In this document: positions 27,401 to 42,500 of the stretch, one piece after another
How the letters are laid out: each line of letters opens with the position of its first letter
Numbering within the stretch: the stretch's first letter is position 1
DNA from: Balanoglossus misakiensis
Taxonomy: Eukaryota; Animalia; Hemichordata
Direction: 5' to 3'
Assembly: GCA_040954595.2 (NCBI GenBank)
Contig: CM082583.2
Location: forward strand, 5,888,849-5,952,848
Length of the DNA stretch: 64,000 nucleotides
The notes under the pieces: generated by a model
The model's input: the letters and a program-made list of their open reading frames with translations, nothing else
The model's database searches: none
Told to the model about the DNA's origin: nothing
Program-made: the position numbers and the translations under genes

Positions 27401-30400
27401 CCTGAAATCAGTTTACATTTATTCCACTGGCTGTGTTTTTTGCTGTTCTCATTATTTTTGACCTGTATAACATGAAAAACCCGGTGTTAAAGATAAACCA
27501 TGCGTGTGTGCAATTGGTGTTTTATAAGGCGTCTGTTCAGTGAAATAAATAATTCCCACCATATCAACTTACATGGCAAATAATTACGGTGATGTACCGA
27601 TGCCGAAATGCACATACCAACTGGCATATATTAAGAAAGATAGGCGTTGTTTACTCGTTGGAACTTAATATCAGAAAATGACATCATTCCGGAGTATGCA
27701 AATGACAGATCCCCGAGGCAAAACCGAAATTACACTGTGTACTGCCACAGGTTTATGTGCACATTATATGGTGGAAGTTATAAAACTACAACCAGCATTG
27801 CGGTTTAATTTCCTCTGAGAATCGCCCGTTCCGATTGTTAGATAGAGAAACAACTTAATCGTGCGCGCGCACGTGTTGCCCGGTGGATCAATTTCTGGTC
27901 CCAATAACTTTTATTTCAATCATAGGCATTGCTTGTAGCGTCACGGGGCTATATTTAGTGGTCGACATATTGTGGTATATACGAGCTCCGTGTACTTTCT
28001 CAGGTAATTGTTGACTATTAATGATCGCATAATACTTCGTCAGCGTTACTCGCAGTCAAAGCGGTCGCCTGACCTATATAGATGGGATTAATTGACGTCC
28101 GTACAGGGATTTTCCGGCCTAATCCTGGCACTGCTCATGTAATTATGTCGTGCTTGTCGAGCAAAACGTCATTTAAACAAAACCAGCGAACTAGAGTACA
28201 GTCAGTGAAAGTAAGGCGACTAGAGATACAAAGAAAAAGAGGCAGAGAGATACAGAGTGGCGGACAGGTACACGTAAATAGGCAGAGACAGACAGACAGA
28301 AGTAGAGATACATTTGAAATACATGTAGCAGGTGTAAAGACAAAGTAAGGCGTACTTTTGTGTAAACATGCATATGATTCACACTATGCTATTCTAAACA
28401 AATCAACTCATTTAAATATTTAATGTCTGGTTTAGGGATGGTTTGAGAAAAGCACGTGTGCGCCAACATGCACTTCAAGAAGTTATTACAATGAATCATT
28501 TGAAGGTTTATATACACATGTAGGTTATTCTAACTTTGTGAACTAAATTCTAAATTACACGCGTGGGGGTTTACTTACGCGAGGAGTATATTAAAATTTC
28601 AGAAAATTAAAAGTGTGCAATAGGATTATCATATCATCAGATTATGCCGTTGTGTTCCAATGTAAATGGGCACAGGATTGTTTAATTTTGCTGCGAATTT
28701 GGTTGAATTTTATAGACCCGACTGGCCAATGTCCACTTCGTATTGTTGTACATCTATGTCGTGGTGGTCATATATATATTCCGATTGATGCATTTGGTCA
28801 GTCAAGCTTGCATTTTACCGCGTCCAATGCGGGATCTCTTTTGCATTTATCCCGTCAAGCGTAATATCGCAGGGATGAATCTTGCATACAGAAAAGCAGA
28901 TTTTGCGCCGCGGCATTAGCAGCGGCAGCGGTGCCGCAGATGCATGGGAATTATACGCAGTGACAATTTGTATATCCGCCATAAGTGCCCGACATGGAAA
29001 CTCCATCAGTTTTGACGGACTCGACAAAGATCCCGGCGTTTTGATGCTAATGGATCACAACCAGCAACCGTGCGGACCGGTCACACCCCCACATTATCGA
29101 GTGCGGATCTTTTGTCGAGGGAAGAGGAGAGGATGGGGGGGGGGGGGAGAGAGAAAGTTACAAAATGTTCGTGGCGGCTGTTTGGGAGCAGGTGCCGTTT
29201 AGAATGCGAGGAGCTTTGTGCTCGTGCCACCTGATTAGGTTTTCTGAATGTGGATCAACGTGGGTTAGATCTGACATTAATTTCATAACTGATGGCGGGG
29301 CAGGGAGATGTACTTGTTTTTGTTCAAACGGGGGCAGCAAAATGCGTGTATATTTCTCTGATGGACCAGTGGAGCCCATGTTCAGCGTTGACTAAAACTG
29401 TCGCGGTAGAATGCGATTCGGGCGAATCGTATATAAGACATATACTGACATGCCGCCTCAATCGTGTATGTTTGCAAACTGGAATAATACGCCAGTATTT
29501 ATCACTGTGGATAGCTGATCAAAGAGCTTCGATAGAGTTTACCACATAACATGTATATTATATTCCACGCAAGCAATTTAAGGCAATCTCCGGGTACAGA
29601 AACGCACTTCATATAGTACCCTCTCGAAGAACGCGTAATCCATATGAATTACCCCCTCGAAGCCGTAGTCGAGGATGTAGTCCCCGATCGTCTCCTTGAG
29701 TCGATGTAATTAATTCAGAAACCACTACCTAAAACGAACACCGGTACTTCCTCGAGGAAATGGACGTCTGGTAGGAAAACCCTTGAACGCGCCAATTTTC
29801 TTCGTATCATTGAGAATAAAACACGGGCAATCCGGAATATCGTTGAAGCCCCGGCTATAAATCAATACAAAACGCCCCAACAAACGTGAAATCAGCGCTC
29901 AGCCCGGAAATGTCCGCAAGCCAAGCCACTCGCCCCGCCAGTCGGGCGTTCGAACGAACTCAACAAGGCAGAAGGAAATACCTGCACACGGCAAAAACCC
30001 CTCTGTATCGCTCAACTTATTACGCATTCGGTTCACCGAATTTCCCAATCATCCTATTCAAAATAACAAAGTGTGCAGCGCGTCGGCTTCATTTTAATTG
30101 TATGCTCAATCATCTCTGCTCCATTGTGTACAACGGAACATAATTAGTACTGATGAACAGTCCTCAGTCCATGTCTTAACTTTTATTCACCGTGGCAGAG
30201 TTCATTTTTATCCAAGCGGGTATGTTTTCCTTACTTAACTATATCGTTAACACCTTCTCTGTTACTTGCGTTATTTTTCACGCACATCGACGTTTTATAT
30301 TTTTTTTTTACAATAAACGCACATATTGTGGTTTAAATAAAGGAATGATTAGTTTAATGTGGCATACCGACAGAAAGGGCCCTTTGAATATCAGATGAAC

Positions 30401-33400
30401 GTTCTTCCAATATCAGACGACATTTGTATGGCGAATACTTCGAATCTGTTTCCTTAGGAATTCAGCTGCAGTGTGATTTAATCGGCGCAGAGGGGTTTCA
30501 CGCACCGTTGACTTACAAAAAAGTGATATGTGAAAAATAACTTCGATCAATAGTTACGAGCCGCTGTGGTCTTTCGAGAGAGAAAAAATAATGGGAAAAG
30601 GCTTCAGATCGAAAAGTCGGTCGGCGATTCTCTCTCATCACTTCAAAATCCCCCGACCGTTTCCCACGCACACATACGGCCACTTAATTTGAATGCGGCG
30701 ACAACGCAGCGAATAATAAAAAAGTCATATGCCTGGTGTGGAGATTAAAACTAACCCTCCCTTTGATTAGTGACGCTGATTAATTGACAATCTGAATATT
30801 TTGTCCGCCTGATTGATACCAAGACGTTTCTATAGAAAACCGGTCTCTGATCGCGTACCGAAAACCTTACGCGCAAACTTTTTTTTCTCTCTCTCTCCTA
30901 TCTGATAAGAGATACTTAACACCGTGCGATGCAAGAGATATAAGCGTCGTACGTTCTCACCTGTTTTGTGCGAGATGCCGATCACAGACACAGCGCCAAG
31001 TTGGGCTGAGTGATGAGCCGGTGTTTATACCTGTAGCGAAGAGTCGGTGCTGGGCGAGAAAACGTCTGTTGCTATTAAAAACTTCTGGTTTGAGGGGGGG
31101 GGCAACGACTTGCTGCGACGCTCTCCCGTTTCTCACCCGGACGAAGAGGAGTGCAATGCGGTAGTCATCGGCGATAGCTTCCCGCTGAACACTGAACACC
31201 GGAATAACGGTGTCGACAATATCTGTACAATACACAGGATAAATGAACAAGCTGTTCTCTCTAGTATCGCGCCTCCCTGTAATATTACCCCCAGCTACCG
31301 AGCTTAAATTTGCATATTTTTTTTCATCATGACGGTCATGTTTTCAGTTCTCGCGCCTGTCGGTTTTTCATTAGTGGCACGTGAAAATGCATTTACCGGT
31401 GGTCTGTAACACCTTGCTTCAAACTTAAAAGAAAATATTTATCAAAAAGAGAAAATGTCCACATTAACATTTTCCCTGAAGGAATCATTCCACCTAAATG
31501 ACAACAAATTCATTACATTGCAATGACTGTGTGTTTCAAACATTTTCACGCCTATCGCTAAAATTTTTCAGACTTTGGAGGAGAAGCAAAACATGATTTA
31601 TTTCTTTTATAAATTATACATCACCGTTAAATCCGAACAAAGCGTGATCGTTCTGAGATTATAGCACTGTCAGTTTTGCACGCAATCTACATCCTGTACT
31701 TTAGAAAAGTGTTTAGTCCATGAAAAAGTGACGTCATCTTGGCTGATTGCCTTTTCACGTGTGGGATCGGCTTGTTCAGTTGCGGTGAGATTATCTCGTC
31801 TTGAATGTGTGGGACGATATTTTGGTATCTTCTTCTTAATTCCGTGAAGAAAACATACTATTTTTGATTTTAACCTTTAGTTTGTCGCTGATTTGACGTA
31901 GATAATCTATGGATTATGAAATACCATGCCAAATTCATTGGCAGGGCTGCGATTTGATTGGTTAACGCGTCGGGAAATCGTAAATGATGAATGAGGTTAG
32001 CACTCGAAGGGTTCGAACATGACGCCGTCGCCATTTACCGCCTCATGTAGCCACGTGACAACGTTTATGTCGTCTTCAATTATAGCATCACTTTCTTGGA
32101 GTTTTTTTTAATGTTGAGTAATCATGGTGGTATTACACTGTAAGGCACGGTATACACAATTTCTACATTGAGCACTAAGCTCAAACAAAAAACAGACAAA
32201 CGATTTTTCAATGCAAGAAAAATCATAATTTCGGTATTAACGCCAAATTTTGAGTTAAGCCGTAAGACGTCGAATACAGTTGATACATACATCTAACCTT
32301 GGCCTCACTGTCATGTTTTGCGGGGTCACAGTGCATATTTTGACAAATTTTGTACCACCGTATCGCGCGGAGTTAAGAGAGGAACGATACGTGTGTTCGG
32401 ACTGTGTCCCTCCGTTTTGCTGCGAGTTCATCTTCGGGGGCCCGGTGATCCATTACAGCCCGGTGCAGTGATGCGGCACTGAAGACTGCCGTGGAACGTC
32501 CGAACCAAATCCCCAATCGCCACTCGAAACTACTAACGACAGTTTAGCTGTCAATTTGATCTCGGTTACCGGGAATATCGATAACGGCAATATAACACGA
32601 TTCGTTTTTTCACCTCACCTTATCATACTGGCAGTAAAAGTACGCGTATACAAAACTAAAGCACTGAACATTCCAGTCTGAGAAATCACGTATGCCTCAA
32701 CATTTCAATACTGTAAACTTTACAAGGCACGTAAGAAGAGCACGAACATAGTTGTACCATCCGAAGAAAAGTGTCTGAACTGATATGCTTGACACGTACA
32801 CGTGAACTTAAAACTCCCTACTGCCTTAATACTAGAACAGCCATGTAGTTGCTGCACTACATAGCATGGTTAACTAAAGAAGTACAAATATACTGTCAGT
32901 TAGACAAAAGATCTCAAATCCCATCGATATGTTTACGTCATAGAGGCCGGTCATTTCCAATCACGACTTCTGATTGATATACGACTCTTGCCACCAGGTC
33001 TGCCTATACAGAACACTGGGCATGCACTTTTTTGTTTCATAGAAAATGGCCCATAATACTTTCATTCCATGAATGTTTACTGTACATTGTCATTGATTGT
33101 GCATGTCTGCCAATTTTGTTTCACGTTTTAATAAGTCAACTGCACTAGATTTGTCAACAATGCCAGTGACTTTACTGTGTACTTTTATAGACCCGTCTGT
33201 GTGGATGGATTGATTGATAGAAGAATCTATGCACATTGATCTCATATTCACCTATCTGGCCGCCTGCCAACAAACCTACTTGAATACATGTATGTACCTT
33301 TCTACACATGAGATGACCCACAGGCCCTTCACACATGAACATCTCGTTATGTGTCCACGGGTGTTCCTTTAAACGTTAGTTCATGGACATGACAGTCTAT

Positions 33401-33534
33401 AGAAATCGTTTATGAAATCCAAGGCCATGGAAAATAGGTGGTGTGTATTTACGCATGTTATACACACGGAAAAATAATTACAGATTGTCTGCAGTCACTT
33501 AGAGTCAGGGTTAGGATTAAATAGTGCCAGCTTA

Positions 33535-33594
33535 GGAGGGGAGAAGGGAGGGGGGAGAAAGAGAGAGAGAGAGGGGGTGAGAGAGAGAGAGAGA
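33535..33594. repeat. Purine-rich (GA)n/G-run low-complexity tract
   Basis: Directly visible; a similar tract lies at ~18768-18835. Confidence 0.85.
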
Positions 33595-36500
33595 TGCAGA
33601 CGGACATGAATGTTGATTTCAACATACCAATTTACGGATGCCCCGCTGACAGTGAATGTGTGTTCAGTCTAACCTTTTCGTTTCAAAATCGGAAATGTTG
33701 GTTATTTTTTTCTTTATAGTGCCATGTTTTATTGTGCGTCGCTTGGATGAATACACGAGATAGTGTTCTTAGCATATATAGTGTTGCCTCCGGGTACCGT
33801 GTAATCGTTAACTTGAGCCAAAAGACATCATGTTCTGTGAGATGAGCGATTTCATCTCTGACAGAAGCTGTCATGTGAGGATATGCACAGAAACATTTCA
33901 GCGCATGTACTTCTCTCTAGCGCTGATCGTGAAAGATAACGCTCTGTGAAGTAGCGCTCCCACCTTCTCGCAAGACAGCTGAAAGACAGTTTCTGAGCAG
34001 AGTTCACAGCCAGTGTTAATAATCGGGCACTGGGACCGAGGCAAGCTTAAGCCTGTCAGCCGCTGATTAACGTATCTGGCCGCATTCCGTGACTTTCATG
34101 AACTTTTCTTGTCTGCGAGAAGAGTGGTTTCACTGATAGGAAAGATTCATGTTGTATCTGACCCTGACGCCATTGATAAATATTGATCTTGTTTTTTTCC
34201 TCTATCGAAGCAACGAACGCAGGGCAGAATTTCGTACGGTATACGGCTATCGCGTGTTCTTGAAAGTCGATTCTCTGCGGTATCAAGACAATTTGATAAC
34301 CGCGGCCATATCTCCGACTGCACAATTTTCTGTCTCACTAGCAGACTACCACAAATCAGCTTACGCGTGTGCGCTGCCTAACAGAAATTGGATTGAAGGT
34401 AAAAAGGACGGGAAGCGAGACTCCATGCGCTGGTAAAAGAACGCCGCGTCTAGCTCTAGCAGGAATTCAAAAGCGCAGTATTGGCAGCTATGGTCTGTTG
34501 GTTGTCGCCATATTGATAAGCAACCTTCAAAAATCCCGTATCATCTAAAAAGCCTTTTAGTGGGGAAATAAGCCCGATTTGTAATGTCAATACGCATACG
34601 TAGCCTATTCATTTCGCGATATCGCGCACAAATCGCGAATATATAACACTGCTGGCACGGTTGGTGTGTTTTCAAAAAATCCGACTGCTACACTACGTTG
34701 GGTGTTAACGACATCTGTCTTTACATAATCATTTGGACTATAAATTGCCACACTGCGGCTGAAAGGCTTTGAAAGTAACTGACTGATACGCCGATTACAT
34801 ATGGTGCACATAAATAAGATATATTGAGTGAAAACGATTGGGAAACTAAACAAGCGCAATTGCCAGCCACACTTCCACCGAAAGCATCATTAACATCACT
34901 TTAAAGTTTCCGTTCCGCAGAATTTCCTTCGTTATTAAAGAAAATAAGTTTATGGGCTTCGTACGGTGAAATCCCGAAGGCGTGTAGCGGAAATTTGATC
35001 CCTGTGTTCGTCGCTGTAGATGAGTTATTAGGTTAGCGGTGACTCTATTTCCAGCATGTCATCGTCGGGTCTGGGGTGACGCCCCGCAAGTTGTGTGTGC
35101 GCGCGCGCAGACCCCGGCACAAGGGCGACGCGCGACGACGCTGCTTTGGCGGAGCAGTAAATAAATGGCGCTGCATGCGAGGTGTCGCTTCCGCATTGTC
35201 CGAGCTAATTACCAAGAGGAAGTTTTTGCCGCGTTTCCCCGAAGTTCAAGGCGAACACGGCAATAACTTTAGTCACGCTTTTATGAATAAGAATAAAGAC
35301 TTGTCTCTCTCTCACACATTTCTTCATATGTGTTCTTTCACGACTCCTGGCTCGGGAGTCGTCGACTGCCTTGACCTACAGGAAAGCAATGAGGCGAGGA
35401 AAATCTGTAAAATGCCATAAGTTGACTATGATCTATTATATTGTTGTTTTCTGCTGTATTTGTTTCAGTCGGGGCGGGATATCAACGTCAAGGCCATATC
35501 ACGTCTTGGTACGAATGTACGGCGATACTCGGTTTTACACGCCGGCCGGGCCTTGACACGACAGGCCAATAAAACGTTCGGGAGGTCTCAAACACGGGCA
35601 TATAATTAGATTCGAGTTTAGCGGACGGGCGTATCAGACATTTGCGATGACGTTTGACATATTACTTTTTGATTCGCGCTTTGCAATGCACAATAGGAAA
35701 TGTTATGAAATAATTATTATGGCAAACCTAGATTAGACGTGTTATAACAACGAACGCAAACCCGAAGTGATTACAAGCTGGGCTTTATTTTCATTCCGAA
35801 AGGCGAAATTTGCCGCGCGTTTGTCTAAGTTTCGCCATCATTATCCGCCATGGAGCCATAGGGTTGGGATTTCACAGGAAAATCGCGCTGAGCAAAACGT
35901 GATTTCGGTGCGATTTTACACACACGAGCGACCATCGCTCGAACAAAGCAGTTGCTTGTACTGCAGATATTGGTTTCTCCCGTTAGATTGCGCAACTCTT
36001 ACAGTTTTATTATCTGAAGGAAAACTGCGGTGATTATTGCAATCGATGAACGCACATATTGTTCGGCGGCGTGGACGTGAGCAGCAAATTAAGCAGCCGC
36101 GGCAGGTATGAAATATCGCCTTGCATAAACAGAATGAGAAATTTCAGCGTCAAATGAATTAACCTGTCCATGTTTCCGAAAAGTCACGAACATTCGAGGA
36201 ATCAGATCATATCCAGAGGTGAAAAGCGCACTAGTTTTTACTCAGTATATTTCACGTCTGCGGCAGCCTGGCTGTATTTGTTGTGGGCTAACAGTTCTAT
36301 GGCAGCGTGCTTCAACTGTGACCCTTGGCATAAGTGTACTTCTAAAATATGCGATTTTTTAAGAAGACGTCTAGCGGGTTACCCCCCCCTTCCCCTCCCC
36401 TCCTTTGACCCCCTTTACAAATGCAGCAAAACTTCGGTTTGTTCTAATGTACACTGCCAATGGTTTGATAAATTCTTTCGCAGCTCTAGTAATGGTTTAG

Positions 36501-39500
36501 TTCTGTCGGGCTTTTGTCGGATTTAATAAGAAAAGACTCCAGGTATTTGCATTAATGGGCTTCCTCTCAAACACAGGTCAAAGCGACCCTATTATTGAGA
36601 GTACAGCCACGGATGTACACCTCATTCCCTGATTTGCGATATGGAATAATATCGAACGCAGTGTAGCGATCAATAACCACATTGCGTATAAACCCGCTTC
36701 ATAAATTGGCTCGGTTTAACTTAAGTATGTCACCGCCATATCGCTATATATTCAGCGTATGGACACGCTGACCAGGTTACCATGGTATTCAAACAGTTTC
36801 TAGAACTCTTGAACTGTGTCGTTTCTTTCATTTGTTCGCGCAGCAAAAAAAAATGCATAAACGAAGACCGGAATCCAATATTGATTAAATTGCCCCGACC
36901 AGTCAGAATATAAGCAACAGCTCAGACGTTAGTTGTAAGTGCAAGTGGCCTTATATAAAATTGTCCCGTGTATTTTAATTTTATTGGTTCAGCCTTTCCG
37001 TTCACATAAGTTCTGATACATTTATGTAACACCAATTCAGGACATACCATATTAAACATTCAATAGGGTTCAAAGTATGTCTTTTCTGTGGCCAACACTT
37101 TTCGTATAGGGGTGGGGGTCGCTTGGAGAACGCAATAGCCGGAAAGCTGAAAAGTGAGTGGGATGACTGTGGGTTATATTAATAAAACACTGGGTTATGC
37201 TGTTCTCACTTATTGTTTTTCTTGTTTTGCAAAGGCGTGGTGATTTATGGGTAAAAAGGGGAAAACAGTTATCGAGATGCTACAACCACTTCTGTAAGGT
37301 GCGGATTACATGACAATATACATAGTGAATTCCTATAAGCGGTCATTTGAGGTGACACGCTTTCATAAATGGTCACTGTGTCACTTGAGCCAATCACATC
37401 CTGTCGCTTTCGGACGAGCACGTGGCAAATATCGTCCACGGCCGACATTGTCTTCGAAATCTCGCCAGTTATACATTCGCGTGCCGGTAATTGGCAATCA
37501 ATATATGAGCCCTTCCGAAGTGGTAACGTCGCGCCTTAATGGGGGACGTAGAAGATTAGATCACGCCTTTACCGCCTAAATCTGTAGAAAAACTGACAAT
37601 CCCAATTAACAAAATCGACTCCGGTATTGGTCGGCAGGGAAATGAGAAGGTGGAAGGCGCCTATATATCTGAATGCGACGGTCGAATATGACGTATGGCG
37701 CTCGCTATTTTTTTTCGATGGTATTGACTGTGCATCCCAAGAGGTTGGCCATGCTATTGACTCTGCATCTAAGCGACATTTAGCCCAAAACCACAATTAT
37801 ATGTAAACTATATCTTCACTTCCATTTTTTATACGTTGAATTCTGTATTTCTTACCTACAGTCTAGATTAGGTATTTTTTAGCCAAGCGGTTTGTCCTGG
37901 TGCTCACTTGGATGATTTTAATTGCACGAAAACAATAAAACCTCATACAGACAAACTTTTGACTAGATCTACATGTACGTTTATGCTACAACGGGATTAC
38001 ACAAATGACCACGGAAATATTTACTTTATTATTTTAAATTTAAATTCTTTGAAAATATGCAGTTTGATATTTCTGATGACAACATTCGTTACGACGACAT
38101 CGATACGACTGCATGCGCATCAAACAACCACTTTGCTAACCAGAGATTGATATGAGAAGACTAAAGGCAGCAAGGATGTACAGATCAACTAGCCCTATAA
38201 ATCTTTCATGATAAAAGCTGGCCACACACTATTAGCGTTAAGTCTATACTGTGTGCTAAATCTCTGCTTGTCAACGTAATCGGAATAAACATTAAGCGTC
38301 TCGGGATAATCGCATATATACGATACGTATTCCCCGCCATTCGACTGGGTGCGGTTTAGGAAACCACCATCGTGTATAAGCGCCGTTCACGCAAGTTACT
38401 GTTATTGTGCGTTAAACGCTCACAGGCCAAATTCTATTTTCTATCAAGAATACGCTAAATTTGAGATCCAGTTAAGTTTCCATGCACCGTGTATTAAACA
38501 GTCTGTCTCTCTGGCTGTCTTCCATTTGCTCGCGCGGTCGAGTCTTTTTCCCTTCATCAATCTACGTTTATCATCACACTTTCCTCCTCATCCCGCAATC
38601 ACGACGCTTCAGTCATCCTGGGTATGGAGATTAGCCAGCCTCTGAGGCATTCACTTGCCTGCCCCCACGTTCCGTGGTTTCCACGTGTGACGACAGACGT
38701 TGCAAGTGTAGAACTCGTTAGGCGTGACCAAATGATTGGAGGAGGTTTAGATGCGCTCGTGTTACTGCACACTGTAGATTATAGTTTTTTGTCAATTTTT
38801 GTCTATCAGTCATCAACCTGGCGACAACCTAATTAGGGGATGCGTTGGTGTAATTATTGTATAAGGACTTATAATCAGCTGTCCATCCATCGAGCAGAGA
38901 TACGTGCAACTTCCCTTAATTCTTCGATCCTATTAAGAGGGTGTTTAAAGACACCTTTTTGGTTTACCTTGTGCTAAAATACCAGTTCGGAATTCCCTGA
39001 AATTGTGGACCACCGTTTTTACCCAATATGGAATGTCCAACTCGACTATAGCGACGGAACCTGAAAGAACACCCGCACTACTTTCATCGCTCATTGATAT
39101 GCACGATCGACGAGAAATAAAAAAAAACTGACGCGTGTGCATATACGTCACGGGCTGTTTGTGCACGGCACTATACATCTTCATTGCTACTGACTCCGTC
39201 CAAGGACCCGTGGAGAACGCGAGGCACCGCGCACAAAACCGGTGATAAATGCCTTCATTAGCCGCTGATGTAAATATCATCACCTTTCGCGAGAATCAAT
39301 TATGGGCATAATAAAATATCGACAAGTGAGGCATGCGACGGGGTTCATGCCGAGAGCGACGTTAATAAACCTGGCCACGCGTATATATAGCATTCACGTC
39401 CTGTTTACATGTTATCGTCGTCAATGGTTGCCTTTGCTATTTGCAGCCAACTTGAACTGACCCCACAAGGGTCCCCACGGCGAGTTGTCTTTCAAAAAAA

Positions 39501-42500
39501 AAGCCTTTCTTCTTCTGCTCAAAGCTTGTTATTGTATTTGTCTAATTATTTCTTGTAATTGCACTTTTAGGGGTCGTATATTGTTAAACACACTCATGAT
39601 AAAAGAAACCAATTTGCCTTTGGCCTCAACCTCCTCACCCGAACGAAATTTTGTAACACTTGTGTGAATGTGTGACAAAGAATTTAAACATTTGATAATT
39701 TGTTTTCAAAATCTGTTTACGTTTTAACTTGCACTGGTTTCAATGGTCTGTAACTATTAAAGATCCACGAGCTTGACCGACTCGCCAAGTGTCCCGGTTC
39801 ATCATAGATTTCAAGCAAAGTAATAAAACGATATCACCGTGGTGAGTTCGTTAAAAAAGTCAGACGTTTCATTTGAATCCTTCACATAAAAAGTGGACAA
39901 AAGTCACAGTGCATTTATAGTCACCGTCCAGTAGATATGTCCATATTTAGGTCCCAATTAAAGTTACCCAAGTGATTTTCCCACGCCCTTTTGCTTATCG
40001 GTATGTGCCTATCTAATATTAGACTTTCTAATAATATGGCAAAGGAACAGCGTTGTCGACAAAGACGGAACTTTCTTCCAAATATTAGATTTTTAGACTT
40101 TGACCTCTTATGTACATATAACTTGCTAAGCTTATTTGTCATATTCAACGTCCTCATACAAACATGAAATACACATGGAGTTTTTTTACCATTATAGCTT
40201 CACATATACATCGTGCAGTTGTGTTACTAGTCTTCGAAAGTTTTTGCCTTGTATAGCTGTGAACTTGACCTTCCAGAAGGGCATCTTATAGTCGATGATT
40301 CTATGATTACTTAAAGAGAGTACGGTGAACTTTCCCGACTCCGTTTTCCATTCTTTGATAACAGTCACGCAGTATTGTTGTAAACAACTTTCAATTATCT
40401 CACGACATCCAATGAAATAATTATTTTGTACTCAAAGAGTAAACATGTCTGTTTGCACGAGTAGTCATTTTGCGGTTTGATGTCAACACAATACATTTTG
40501 AGTGTTGACGGTTACCGCTAAATATTACTGCGGATATCGTAGACTGGGGGATGCGTCGCTTAGGGGGTGTGGAGACATATCTTTTTGGCAAATCCGTGGA
40601 CAGTGTGGATTTAAAATGTTTGCTTGTTTATATGTTTAGATTTACGTACATTCTGACCACCGATTGCTTGGTTGGTCAGTTGGTTGGTTTGCTGATTGAT
40701 TGATTGATTTATCGATTGACGTGTGAGAAGGTACTAGTATCACGTGACACGTTATAAAGGCATCGTTACTAACTCGTTAGAAATACGTCGTGTATCTAAC
40801 ACGTTAGTTTCTAACTCGCCTTTGTCAATCTTCGCTTATCCTGGTGCCTGGATGACATTTAAATGAAACAAACTGACTGCAAGAGTAACAGAAGAGACAA
40901 ATCTGAGACCGAAATCAAGAAATCCACGTATAAGCATCAAGTGCTTAATAAAACGCGACAAAATTTAATCGAGTTTCCTTGTTATGTGCCCGACTTAGAC
41001 AGGGCCTTTAAATTGATTACTCTGGGGTCCCAGGAATGGACTTGTGTTCTCAAGGAGCGTGAATGATTAAAAATGCCCCGCGGTAAAAAAAAACTACATC
41101 ATTGTCGTAACGGAAGACTTTACATCAAATGACACAATCCCAGAAACAGGAAAATTTTCAATCACCGAGACGTTAAACGCGTGAATGATTTACTAGTTGC
41201 CCGGCGACGCGGTCAGCTGTTGCATGAATGCCAACACGGGGAAATTAATAGACTTTAAAACCATCTTTGACAGTTGTAATTCTTTAATGCGCGCACGCTT
41301 AATTGTGTCTCTCAGTCATTAAGGAGGTTGCCTGTTATTTATTAGTACGGGCCACCCTATTGCCTGCGCCCGGGCTTTATTCCCTGTAATCCCGTGCCTA
41401 GACACGTTGTCGATTTAATTACTTTAGATTATGTGTGCTTACAGGAAGATTATAAAAGCATACATAAAACACATCGGGTGAATCTGAAAGAAATATCAAA
41501 AAGCCTGCGGGTAAACCTAGTCTTTAGTTTGGTTCTAACTTCTAAGGAGTAGCTTCTTTCAATCTCGGGGTGATTTGCTTAGGGAGCAATAAAATAATAT
41601 TTATATTAACCAGTGGTGATTTTAAGTAATTGATGTTTCAAAGGGATGGCTAGGCTCATCTTCTCTTAGAATGCGTGTCCGCGAGTGTCAGATATAAAAG
41701 TTATTCAAAGCCGGAGAAACATTGACTAAAATCAACTCTGTCACCTTGTTCATAATTCACAACGGCTACAGATGGTTTCAAGCCGAGTGTGACGTGCCCA
41801 TTAACGTGATTACGTCTTCGGCTGGTTGACAACACCCTGTACACATTCGCCTATCGGGCACAGTTCTGTTGGCGGAACCGTTTGGGGAATCTCCTGTCTG
41901 TCGCTATCGAGTACGAAAATTGGCCATGATATAATAATGAAGTATGGGGCTCTATGTTTGTAAGATGAGCAAAGGCAGAAAGCAAAAATAAAAAAAAACG
42001 GTTTACGTGTATTCGCATGCGCACTATTCGATTCGATAGTCTTGCTTAGGTCACGTGCTTAGGTGAACCTGTGAAGTCACTGACACCTTGTTAGTGCCAT
42101 GTTTAGTCGTTTGCTTATACGAAGTTTAGCCGCAGAGGGAATTGTGCTGCAAATGTTTATTTTTCCATTTTTTGCCAAAGCAATACACGGTACGCCTAAA
42201 ATGAGTCGACCGGACAGGGGGAATGTGTTCTCATTTTGACAGAGTTTTAAACAATATATCATCTACCTATCTGTCCGCCCGTTCGTCTAAATGCCTGCAT
42301 ACCTGCCTGTCCATCAGTTTGTCGCTAAAAGACACTAACAGAATCGCCTACTTACCATCGCTAAGAACGCTCTTATATCGCGACACGTTCAGTTATCATA
42401 CTCTTGTGGATCCGGGAGTTTCTAATTAGACGTGAAAAAGCCGGTCCATGATACGTCCTCGTTTCATTACACATACGTATAGGTAGAACTCAACAGCATA

